Made by a program: the position numbers and the translations under genes
From: Candidatus Aenigmatarchaeota archaeon
Lineage (GTDB): Archaea > Aenigmatarchaeota > Aenigmatarchaeia > QMZP01 > QMZT01
Direction of reading: 5' to 3'
DNA length: 64,000 nt
Assembly: GCA_041489155.1 (NCBI GenBank)
Contig: JBGPQP010000005.1
Location: 2,509 to 66,508, forward strand
Part shown: positions 29,600 through 37,667 of the stretch, in pieces
Layout of the letters: every line of letters begins with the position of its first letter
Position numbering within the stretch: the stretch's first letter is position 1
Notes under the pieces: generated by a model
The model's database searches: none
What the model saw: the letters and a program-made list of their open reading frames with translations, nothing else
Told to the model about the DNA's origin: nothing

Positions 29600-30583
29600 A
29601 TGATTGAGGAAGTCGAAAGAATTCTAAACGAGCGCGGTGCGCTCATACAGAAGGAAATCGAGAAAGCCATCCCCCGCGCCGGCATCCAGAACCTCCACGA
29701 CGCGGTCTGGTACCACCTCGACACCGGCGGCAAGCGCATAAGGCCGGTCTTGGCGTTGCTGACGTGCGAGGCGCTGAAAGGCGACGTGGAAAAAGCGACG
29801 TCATTCGCCGCCGCCTGCGAAATCCTCCACAACTGGCTGCTCGTGCATGATGACATCGAAGACGGCGACAAGGTCAGGAGGGACAAACCGGCAGTTTGGG
29901 TCAAATATGGCTTGGGCCATGGCATAAACATCGGCGACTTCATGTCGGAGAAGGTCTATGAGCTCGTCACCAAGTCCAACCTCGGCGAAAAGACGAAGAT
30001 AGACCTGATAAACGAAATCGTGGAGACATGCGTGAAGACGGCAGAAGGCCAGACCATGGACATGAATCTGCGGGACAACAACAACCCGAAGGAAGCGGAT
30101 TACATGAAGATGATAGGCTTCAAGACCGCCTGGTATCTTACGCTGCCGATGGTCGGCGGCGCGGTAATCGCCGGCAGGCCGGAGCTTACCGATAAAATAA
30201 AGCAGTTCGGCATGAAAATCGGGCCCGCCTTCCAGATCGCCGACGACCTGCTCGACCTGACGAAAGGCAAAGGGCGAGGCGAAATCGGCTCGGACATAAA
30301 AGAAGGCAAGCGCAGCATCATGGTAATACACTGCATATCCAAATGCACTGAGGACGAGAAGGATACGCTCTTCGAGATTCTCAACAGACCCAGGGAGAAC
30401 ACGAGCCCGGCTGACATCCAGGCCGTCAAAGCGCTATTCGAGAAATACGGCTCCATCGACTATGCCGAGAAGAAGGCGAAGACGCTGGTGAAGGAAAGCA
30501 AGGCCGTAACAGCGAAGATGCCAAAGGAGCTGCAGCATGTCCTGGACCAGTTCGCAGATTACATAGTCGAGAGGAAAAAATAA
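29600..30583 (+). CDS. idsA: Short-chain polyprenyl diphosphate (GGPP) synthase
   Basis: 'GGKRIRP', 'WLLVHDDIEDGDKVRR', 'GQTMD', 'KTA', 'FQIADDLLD'. Confidence 0.88.
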   Translation: MIEEVERILNERGALIQKEIEKAIPRAGIQNLHDAVWYHLDTGGKRIRPVLALLTCEALKGDVEKATSFAAACEILHNWLLVHDDIEDGDKVRRDKPAVWVKYGLGHGINIGDFMSEKVYELVTKSNLGEKTKIDLINEIVETCVKTAEGQTMDMNLRDNNNPKEADYMKMIGFKTAWYLTLPMVGGAVIAGRPELTDKIKQFGMKIGPAFQIADDLLDLTKGKGRGEIGSDIKEGKRSIMVIHCISKCTEDEKDTLFEILNRPRENTSPADIQAVKALFEKYGSIDYAEKKAKTLVKESKAVTAKMPKELQHVLDQFADYIVERKK

Positions 30584-30656
30584 CCGCCCTATAGTGAAAT
30601 TCATTTCTGCAATTTCTTTTTAACAGATTTAAGTAGGGGCAAGACAAATATTTAAT

Positions 30657-31379
30657 ATGCCCAAAAAAGCAGATTTATCTTCACCTTTCAGGTCGTCGAT
30701 GGAGAGGGTTTCCACAGGCATCCCGGGCCTCGACGATGAGATGGAAGGCGGTTTTGTAAAGGGCTCTGTCATTCTTGTGACAGGCGGAACAGGCACGGGC
30801 AAAACGACTTTCTGCGGACAATATTTATGGGAAGGCCTGAAAAAAGGGGAAGCCGGCCTTTACATTTCTCTGGAGGAAGACCCCGAGGACATAAAGACCG
30901 ATCTCAAGCGTTACGGCTTCGAGTTCGAGAAATACGAAAGGGAAGGGACATTCAAGCTCGTTTACCAGAACCCCTTCGAGGTTTCGGATTTGCCGTCGGC
31001 TGTTATAAACGCGATAAATTCGGTTAACGCGAAGCGGATAGTCATAGACCCTATTTCGATAATTGCGATGTATCTGAAAGACGCCGCCGTCATGAGGAAG
31101 CGGCTGTTCGAGCTCATACGCCTTCTCAAGAAAACGGGCGTTACGGCGGTCGTGACATCCGAAATCCTTGACAACGAGATAGGCGAGCGCGTCGGAGGCA
31201 GCCTGTCGAGGGACGGCGTCAGCGAGTTCGTGGCTGACGGTGTTATAGTTCTAAACCTGTTTGGCATAGGCGGGGGTATAACAAGATCAATACTGATAAG
31301 GAAAATGAGACGAACAAAGCACGGCATGGACATCTATCCGATAGAAATGGGCCCGAATGGCATCTACTTGAAAACATAG
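30657..31379 (+). CDS. KaiC-like/RAD55 RecA-superfamily ATPase
   Basis: 'RVSTGIPGLD', GGTGTGKT, 'SLEE', 'KMRRTKH'. Confidence 0.9.
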   Translation: MPKKADLSSPFRSSMERVSTGIPGLDDEMEGGFVKGSVILVTGGTGTGKTTFCGQYLWEGLKKGEAGLYISLEEDPEDIKTDLKRYGFEFEKYEREGTFKLVYQNPFEVSDLPSAVINAINSVNAKRIVIDPISIIAMYLKDAAVMRKRLFELIRLLKKTGVTAVVTSEILDNEIGERVGGSLSRDGVSEFVADGVIVLNLFGIGGGITRSILIRKMRRTKHGMDIYPIEMGPNGIYLKT

Positions 31380-31398
31380 ATTTCTTTTCAATTCGACA

Positions 31399-31911
31399 CT
31401 AAGAAACCTTTGCACAGAACTGGCAATACCTGTTCCCCTTTGCAATGCATGATACCTCTTGGCAGCAAACCCTTTTTCCGAAAAATTCAGTGAAAAACCC
31501 GCCTATCATGCCGGCCAGGATTTCATCGGCATTCTCTTTCTTGCCGAGTCTGACATACTCCGATGCGATGGGGGAGTTTTTGCAATTCACTACGACAGAG
31601 CACTTATCGTTGCTTATTTCGATTATTTCCATGTCGCCGAAGCCCGATAAATTGATCATGTTGAGCCAGAATTTCATGCACTCGTCCTTTTCGGTCCCCA
31701 TTTTTTTGGAATATTCAAAGATGCTCTTTGAGATATCCTCTCCGAATTTGTAAAGTACATCTAGTGAATTCTTGCTCTTAAGCTCTTCCCTGAGCTTCAC
31801 AAACGCCATCACTGGTCCAAGAAAAAAGTTTTTGTTGAAAATTTTGAATTCGCCGTTTCCCACGTCGACCGTTCTCGAGAACAGCAGTTTTTTGAAAAAT
31901 GGTGATATCAT
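31399..31911 (-). CDS. V4R domain protein
   Basis: 'SGFG', 'AGMIGG', 'EVSCIAKGNRYCQF'. Confidence 0.85.
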   Translation of the reverse strand: MISPFFKKLLFSRTVDVGNGEFKIFNKNFFLGPVMAFVKLREELKSKNSLDVLYKFGEDISKSIFEYSKKMGTEKDECMKFWLNMINLSGFGDMEIIEISNDKCSVVVNCKNSPIASEYVRLGKKENADEILAGMIGGFFTEFFGKRVCCQEVSCIAKGNRYCQFCAKVS

Positions 31912-31913
31912 AT

Positions 31914-32504
31914 TCAGTCATTAGTCAGCTTCAATACAAACTCGCAGAATTCGTCACCCTTCCCCTTGCATTTAGACTCCACCGATTCTATTTTTTTGCC
32001 GAGCAGCTTTGCGAAAAACGATTTGAACATGCCCAGTATAAAGAGGCATGACATTTCTTCAAAAACAGGCAGGCCGCAGCATTCGCCGCATTCCCTGAGC
32101 CTCAATATCACTTCATTGCCTTTGAAATCGCCAATTTCCAGAATGCCATAGCGGGAATTGAGCATGAACTTTTTGAACTCCCCTACTATTGTGTTACTTT
32201 CAATGTCCTTTTTTGTCTTGGCTTTCCTGATATTCTCAAGATTTTTCGATGTTTCAGGGCACAACGGCGCATAATCGCAGTAGGCTTCACCCAAAAAATT
32301 GCCTATGAATTCACCGTTTTCCGTCATCTTCTTCCTGCATTCCTGACTTGTCAGTAAAAGAGGAACGCTCATCTGCGAAAAAATAACGTTAATCTCGTTA
32401 CCCATCTTTGGTCTCACGATGCTCATTTTGTCATGGACTATGTCGTAGTATTTCAGGAGCAAGGCGTCTCTGAAAGAATTTAGATCATCGTTTTCTTTGC
32501 CCAT
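31914..32504 (-). CDS. V4R domain protein
   Basis: 'ECGECCGLP', 'CLFILG', 'ESKCKGKGDEFCEF'. Confidence 0.8.
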   Translation of the reverse strand: MGKENDDLNSFRDALLLKYYDIVHDKMSIVRPKMGNEINVIFSQMSVPLLLTSQECRKKMTENGEFIGNFLGEAYCDYAPLCPETSKNLENIRKAKTKKDIESNTIVGEFKKFMLNSRYGILEIGDFKGNEVILRLRECGECCGLPVFEEMSCLFILGMFKSFFAKLLGKKIESVESKCKGKGDEFCEFVLKLTND

Positions 32505-32505
32505 T

Positions 32506-32754
32506 TTATCCCATCCTGATTATCAGTCTCCAACTTCCATCTTCCTTCTTGACTTCTTCGACTTTTGCCCCTATTTTTTTTGCTATTTCCGGAATGCTTT
32601 TCAGGGCGTCGCAATCGGTGACTATGACTTCTAGTTCGATTCTTTTTATGCCTTTTTTCTTCAGTTCCCTGAGCTTATTGCTGACAGAAATGATAGGATA
32701 GGGACAAACCTTTCCGCTTAAATCCAGAGTTTCCATGATTTTTATTTGTTGCAA
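32506..32754 (-). CDS. tusA: TusA/SirA family sulfur carrier
   Basis: 'LDLSGKVCPYP'. Confidence 0.85.
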   Translation of the reverse strand: MQQIKIMETLDLSGKVCPYPIISVSNKLRELKKKGIKRIELEVIVTDCDALKSIPEIAKKIGAKVEEVKKEDGSWRLIIRMG

Positions 32755-32766
32755 TCCCTATTTAAA

Positions 32767-34644
32767 TTAAAAGAACCAGCCTGCAATTTTTTCTGCAAAT
32801 TTCGGATGCCTGACGGACCCGTCCCTTCCTTTATCCCTTCTGAAGTGTCTCTCAACGGTTTTATAACACCAAGGCTTTTCATAAGAACTCAGGCCGTTTT
32901 GATGGTTGTACTCCCGAAAGGCCTCCTGAAAACCACGGAAGCCACTGCCATTACTTACATGTTCAGCGAAACCTATCGCAGACTCACTTAGCATTTTCCT
33001 CATTTTTCTAACAGAGACTTTTCCGTTGATGCCAGGTAATTTATTTCCACCGAATATATGCCTTATATGGGCATTGTACTTGTCGGTTAGAACATCATTC
33101 TGTAAAGTTAACATTTCTCTGTACGATTGTGGATGTAGTTCTGATGGAAAGAACAGGTCGGGAGCGCGTTGATCAGCCTCCTTTATCAGGGCAGCCAGTT
33201 TTCTGCTTTTCGAATCATCTCTTTTCATGCCTCCGTAGTTTTTTGCAACAAAATTCACATTGTCCAGTATTTTTTCAACATCATCTTTCGTAGTGTCCCA
33301 TCCGAGGCTTAACCTGGCGGTTCCTCTTATGTTTTCGCCGGTTATTTCTTTCAGCAGAGGATATGCGCAGTGGCAACCACTGCGCCCCTGTACCCTGTAC
33401 CTAACAGGTATGATTTTTCCTTCATATTTTCCATCAAGCAACATTGCCAGTTGGTCTGAGTGCATTTCGCCGATGTTTATGGAGAATGTCGGAACCCTGT
33501 CCTTTGGATTTCTTGGTCCGTACAATTTCAGGCCCGGTATGCTTCCAAGCCCTCTTACCATCTGCTCTGAAAGGGCCATTTCATGTTCCCTTACCCCCTC
33601 CATGGCAATTCTCATGTACTTTCTCCTGTCGGTAGGGTTTTCAATCCTGCCTTTATGATCGTCGCCTGCGATTTTCTGGCCCATTTCAATCAGGAAATCG
33701 GTCATTGCGCCAAGCCCTATGGCATTTCCTATGTCAGGCGTTCCGGCCTCGAACCTGTCTGGCACCGGGGCAAGGAAATAGCCGTCGGATTCTATATGCA
33801 ACGGTGTGCCCCCGCCAATATCGGCAGGGCCCATTCTCTTGAGCAATTCCTTCCTTCCGTAAACTATGCCCACGTTTGGGGCAAACATTTTATGCGCAGA
33901 CGCGACCCAGAAATCGCAATCCAGTTTTTTGACATCAACAGGCAAGTGCGGGGCGGCCTGTACGCCATCGACAATGACAACTGCCCCTTTCTCATGGGCC
34001 ATTCTGTTTATCGTTCTTATATCGTCTATGGCTCCGGTAACGTTCGATACGTGTGTTACGGCCACGACTTTCGTGTTACCGTCTATGAGACTTTCTGCTT
34101 GGTTTAGGTCAGTGTCATAACCGGGTGTTATGCCTACCCATCTTAATTCATAGCCGTTCCTTCGTGCTTCGTCCATCAACGGCATAACATTTGAGCTGTG
34201 ATTTATTTTTGAAAGAACAATGTTATCTTTGTCACTGCCATTTCCGTGTTTACTGTATTCTTCTTTGAACAAAGAATGGATTATCTGGTTCAAAGCCGCT
34301 GTTGCATTTTGCCCGACAAAAAGAATTTCACCTCTAGGATCGGCGCCGAAAAGATCAGCGACTTTCTCGTGCGCTTTGTCATATCTATCGCTGGCTTCCT
34401 GCGAACGTTGGTAAATGCCCCTGTGGACGTTTGCCTTTTTTATCGTGTTAAATTCGTCAACGGTTCTCTGTATGCGTTCCAGCATCGGTGTCGTTGCGGT
34501 GTGATCACAATAAATATTGAGCCTGCCATTTTCCGTGTAGTTTAAGTTGCCGGACAATTCCGGTCTTACCATATCTGGTACGATGTCTGTATTGTATTTG
34601 TTCAGGCCAGCACTGCCACGTCCGACTTCCAAATTACTTGACAT
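32767..34644 (-). CDS. Group II cysteine desulfurase (SufS-like) with C-terminal extension
   Basis: 'DHTATT', 'ANVHRG', 'DGVQAAPH', PLP lysine 'SAHKM', 'FEAGTP', catalytic 'RSGCHCA'. Start placed at MSSNL. Confidence 0.88.
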   Translation of the reverse strand: MSSNLEVGRGSAGLNKYNTDIVPDMVRPELSGNLNYTENGRLNIYCDHTATTPMLERIQRTVDEFNTIKKANVHRGIYQRSQEASDRYDKAHEKVADLFGADPRGEILFVGQNATAALNQIIHSLFKEEYSKHGNGSDKDNIVLSKINHSSNVMPLMDEARRNGYELRWVGITPGYDTDLNQAESLIDGNTKVVAVTHVSNVTGAIDDIRTINRMAHEKGAVVIVDGVQAAPHLPVDVKKLDCDFWVASAHKMFAPNVGIVYGRKELLKRMGPADIGGGTPLHIESDGYFLAPVPDRFEAGTPDIGNAIGLGAMTDFLIEMGQKIAGDDHKGRIENPTDRRKYMRIAMEGVREHEMALSEQMVRGLGSIPGLKLYGPRNPKDRVPTFSINIGEMHSDQLAMLLDGKYEGKIIPVRYRVQGRSGCHCAYPLLKEITGENIRGTARLSLGWDTTKDDVEKILDNVNFVAKNYGGMKRDDSKSRKLAALIKEADQRAPDLFFPSELHPQSYREMLTLQNDVLTDKYNAHIRHIFGGNKLPGINGKVSVRKMRKMLSESAIGFAEHVSNGSGFRGFQEAFREYNHQNGLSSYEKPWCYKTVERHFRRDKGRDGSVRHPKFAEKIAGWFF

Positions 34645-34706
34645 TTTACCACTATTTAATAATAACATTTGGGTATTTAAATACCTTTCTGCCAGCTATC
34701 CGGATG

Positions 34707-35114
34707 TTAGAACGTCATCGTGGTGTTTGCGTTTGTCGTTATCTCCAGGAACTCAGCCGCACCGACTTCCTTGTCCACGACTTCTATGAAATCGCTCATC
34801 TTCAGGCCGAATGCAGCCATAGTCGTCTTGCAGGCGTATATCTTTGCTCCCATCGATTTGGCCTGTTTTATCATTTCCTGTACAGGCGGTATGTTCATTT
34901 CCTTGAATCTTTGCGGAAGCATTTTTTCGTAGCTCTTGTAATCACTTCCCATCTTCAGGTCAGCGTTTTTCTTGATCGCATTTATCCCGAAGAACGAGAA
35001 GAATATATGCGTCTTCATATTCATCGATGCCGCGGTCATGCCGAATATCATCGCTGAATACACCCTTTCTAACGTATCACCAGTTACGATGATTGCAACT
35101 GTTTTTGCCATCAC
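34707..35114 (-). CDS. DsrE/DsrF-like sulfur relay protein
   Basis: 'IFFSFFG', 'KIYACKTTM', 'VGAAEFL'. Confidence 0.85.
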   Translation of the reverse strand: MMAKTVAIIVTGDTLERVYSAMIFGMTAASMNMKTHIFFSFFGINAIKKNADLKMGSDYKSYEKMLPQRFKEMNIPPVQEMIKQAKSMGAKIYACKTTMAAFGLKMSDFIEVVDKEVGAAEFLEITTNANTTMTF

Positions 35115-35123
35115 ACATCCCTC

Positions 35124-35426
35124 CTATTCCGTCTTCAACAGTTCGTGTATTATTCTCAGTTTTTCGATGTCTATCGGCCATGCAATGTACGTGTTTCCTA
35201 GCTTTTTCATTTCAATGAGATCAATGGTTTTGAGTTTTCTGAAATGGTAGAGATATTTGGCCGACAGGCTTTTGTTTTTTCCATTCTCTCCCAATTCATT
35301 TGCGACTTCGGTTGGATTCGCTGGCCATTTGGAGCAGATGATTTTGAAGACCCTCAGCGTTAAGTCGCTAATATTCATTTCTTTTCTGTTTCTGTCGCTG
35401 ATTATCCCTTCTGCTCCGGTTGGCAT
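35124..35426 (-). CDS. Winged-helix transcriptional regulator
   Basis: 'NPTEVANELG', 'YHFRKLKTIDLIEMKKLGNTY'. Start placed at MPTGA. Confidence 0.7.
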   Translation of the reverse strand: MPTGAEGIISDRNRKEMNISDLTLRVFKIICSKWPANPTEVANELGENGKNKSLSAKYLYHFRKLKTIDLIEMKKLGNTYIAWPIDIEKLRIIHELLKTE

Positions 35427-35433
35427 ATTTAAA

Positions 35434-35480
35434 GAATATTCCAAAACCTATATAAATGTTTATTATGGAATATTCCAAAA
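35434..35480. promoter_or_regulatory. Duplicated operator-like motif GAATATTCCAAAA in a divergent promoter
   Basis: Copies at 35434-35446 and 35468-35480; perfect palindrome TGGAATATTCCA at 35466-35477; TATA-like TTTATATA on the minus strand between them. Confidence 0.6.
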
Positions 35481-35519
35481 TAAATTTAAAAAATTAACTG
35501 CCATAGCTTAGTGGGAATT

Positions 35520-36440
35520 ATGGCAAAATACAGCATTTTGGATGCGATTGGAAATACGCCACTGGTAGAATTGATTAATTTAAACGGGCAGCCTGGAATT
35601 AGAATTTTAGGTAAATACGAGGCACGCAATCCCGGCGGCTCGGTAAAAGATCGCCCAGCTTATTATATGATAAAAGAGGCAGAAGAAAATGGAGAACTCA
35701 CCAAAGATAAGACAATCCTTGAACCGACGTCGGGTAACACGGGTATCGCCTTGGCGATGATAGGGGCTGCAAAAGGATACAGAGTTAAACTCCTGATGCC
35801 GGAGTGTGTTAGCAGCGAGAGGCGCAAGATCCTTGAAGCCCTAGGCGCAGAAGTTATACTCACACCCGGGGAAAAGGGTACAGATGGAGCTATCAGGAAA
35901 GCACATCAGATTCTCGAAGAGGATCCGGATAAGTATTATATGCCCGATCAGTTCAAGAATAAAAACAATATCCTATCCCACTATGAAACAACCGGCCCTG
36001 AGATATTCTCCCAAACCGATGGGTCTATTGACATATTCGTTGCCGGCATGGGGACAACAGGAACGCTGATGGGTGTGAGCAGATACCTGAAAGAGAGAAA
36101 ACCGGGAATAAAGATTATTGGAGTCGAACCCCGAATTGGACACAAGATTCAGGGGCTTAAAAATATGGAGGAGTCCATAATTCCTGGCATATACAATCCA
36201 AGGGCATTAGATGAGAGAATAAGAATTGATGACGAAGAGGCTTTCGAAATGGCAAGATTACTGGCAAGAAAAGAGGGGATATTTGTTGGCATGTCAAGTG
36301 GCGCAGCCGTGGCAGGCGCAAAGAAGATAGCGAGAGATGCAGGCAAGGGCACAACTGTTGTTGCGCTACTGCCTGATGGCGGAGAACGTTACTTGAGTAC
36401 GACGCTGTTCAGGTCAATCTGTGCGAAGTGCCCTCCATAA
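35520..36440 (+). CDS. cysK: Cysteine synthase (CysK/CysM family)
   Basis: 'IGNTPLV', 'NPGGSVKDR', 'TSGNTG', 'GMGTTGT', 'PDGGERYLST'. Confidence 0.9.
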   Translation: MAKYSILDAIGNTPLVELINLNGQPGIRILGKYEARNPGGSVKDRPAYYMIKEAEENGELTKDKTILEPTSGNTGIALAMIGAAKGYRVKLLMPECVSSERRKILEALGAEVILTPGEKGTDGAIRKAHQILEEDPDKYYMPDQFKNKNNILSHYETTGPEIFSQTDGSIDIFVAGMGTTGTLMGVSRYLKERKPGIKIIGVEPRIGHKIQGLKNMEESIIPGIYNPRALDERIRIDDEEAFEMARLLARKEGIFVGMSSGAAVAGAKKIARDAGKGTTVVALLPDGGERYLSTTLFRSICAKCPP

Positions 36441-36500
36441 ATAAACATATGTTTCTTTTTACTGAACGAATTTTTATAACATAAAGCAGAATATATTATC

Positions 36501-37136
36501 ATGGGCTGGAAGGGGAATAGGAAAGCGCAAACTGAAGCCATAACGCTAGTTCTTATATCGGGCATCGTAATCGCCCTCGTCGGCTTCGCCTACACGTGGG
36601 GCAGGCCCATGATAGACAAGCGCTCGACCGTTTCGCAGTTTACTTCCGCGGTCAAATTCATGGAGGACCTCGACAAGAAAATCGTCGGCATGGCCGGCTC
36701 CTGCTCCTTCGAGGGCGCGTGCGAGGAGACGCTCGTCCTCCCTGTCGCCGGGGTTATAGCGATAGACGAGGCCAATAACACCATCACCTATACCGTCCAG
36801 GTCACGCAGCCGCTGATAACGAAGGGCGAAGTCCTGTTCAACACGGCCGACAACGCGTCCGTCGCGAGGTACGGCGAAACGCCCGGAGTCATAAGCCTGC
36901 GCGGCGAAAGCCAGCCGGGGCAGCAGGCCATATACAATCTCGTATTCTCGCTGCGCTACAGAGAGCTGGACAGCGACGAGCCTTGGAAAGGGTACAAAAT
37001 CCAGCTTCTCGAGACCCAGAAAAAAAGCGGCAACAACAAAATCATTTTTTCGTACAGCGGGCCTGAGACGCAGCAGGGCCAGGCCAGGAATAACGGCGAC
37101 CTCATTGTTTCTAAAATAAAAGTGCAGCCGCTATGA
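36501..37136 (+). CDS. Type IV pilin-like protein
   Basis: Class III signal 'RKA/QTEAITLVLISGIVIALVG'. Confidence 0.75.
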   Translation: MGWKGNRKAQTEAITLVLISGIVIALVGFAYTWGRPMIDKRSTVSQFTSAVKFMEDLDKKIVGMAGSCSFEGACEETLVLPVAGVIAIDEANNTITYTVQVTQPLITKGEVLFNTADNASVARYGETPGVISLRGESQPGQQAIYNLVFSLRYRELDSDEPWKGYKIQLLETQKKSGNNKIIFSYSGPETQQGQARNNGDLIVSKIKVQPL

Positions 37137-37585
37137 GGGCGAAGGGAGCGAAGCGCATGAAACGCAAGGGACAGATGATGGTTTTCGAGCAGGTCCTGCT
37201 CTTCACCATAGGCGTCATCATTCTTATGACGTCATTCACGCTTTTCGCGATGTACCAGAGCTTCTATCTTTCCTCCACATCCCAGGACCATCTCACGGAG
37301 GTAAAGGAATATGTGCTTTCCAGCATAATCATGCTTTCGGAGAACAGTGAGGCGAATTCCTCAGTCGTTCTCTCCATACCCAAAACGATAGGCAACAAAT
37401 TCTACAGGCTGCGCCTCTCGCCCGAAGGCCTCAATGTTACACAGGAACCTGAAGGCCATCTCGAGGCTTTCTCGAGGCTCCACGGGCTCAACACCACCTT
37501 TGCTTTCTCGGGGAGGGTCGACAGCGACCTGGGAAAAGTTGTGCTCTACAAATACGGCAACTCAATCGTTCTTGATGCGAAATAA
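37133..37585 (+). CDS. Type IV pilin-like protein
   Basis: Class III signal 'RKG/QMMVFEQVLLFTIGVII'. Confidence 0.75.
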   Translation: MRAKGAKRMKRKGQMMVFEQVLLFTIGVIILMTSFTLFAMYQSFYLSSTSQDHLTEVKEYVLSSIIMLSENSEANSSVVLSIPKTIGNKFYRLRLSPEGLNVTQEPEGHLEAFSRLHGLNTTFAFSGRVDSDLGKVVLYKYGNSIVLDAK

Positions 37586-37667
37586 GCGCATGAATCCTAT
37601 AATTTATAAGAGAAGGAATTCAATTATTATACGATATAACCTTATTTAGCGAGGGGCGCGGGGTTTT

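Noticed and set aside
30657-31379. Circadian clock KaiC
   Set aside because: Single-domain RAD55-like ATPase with no kaiA/kaiB.
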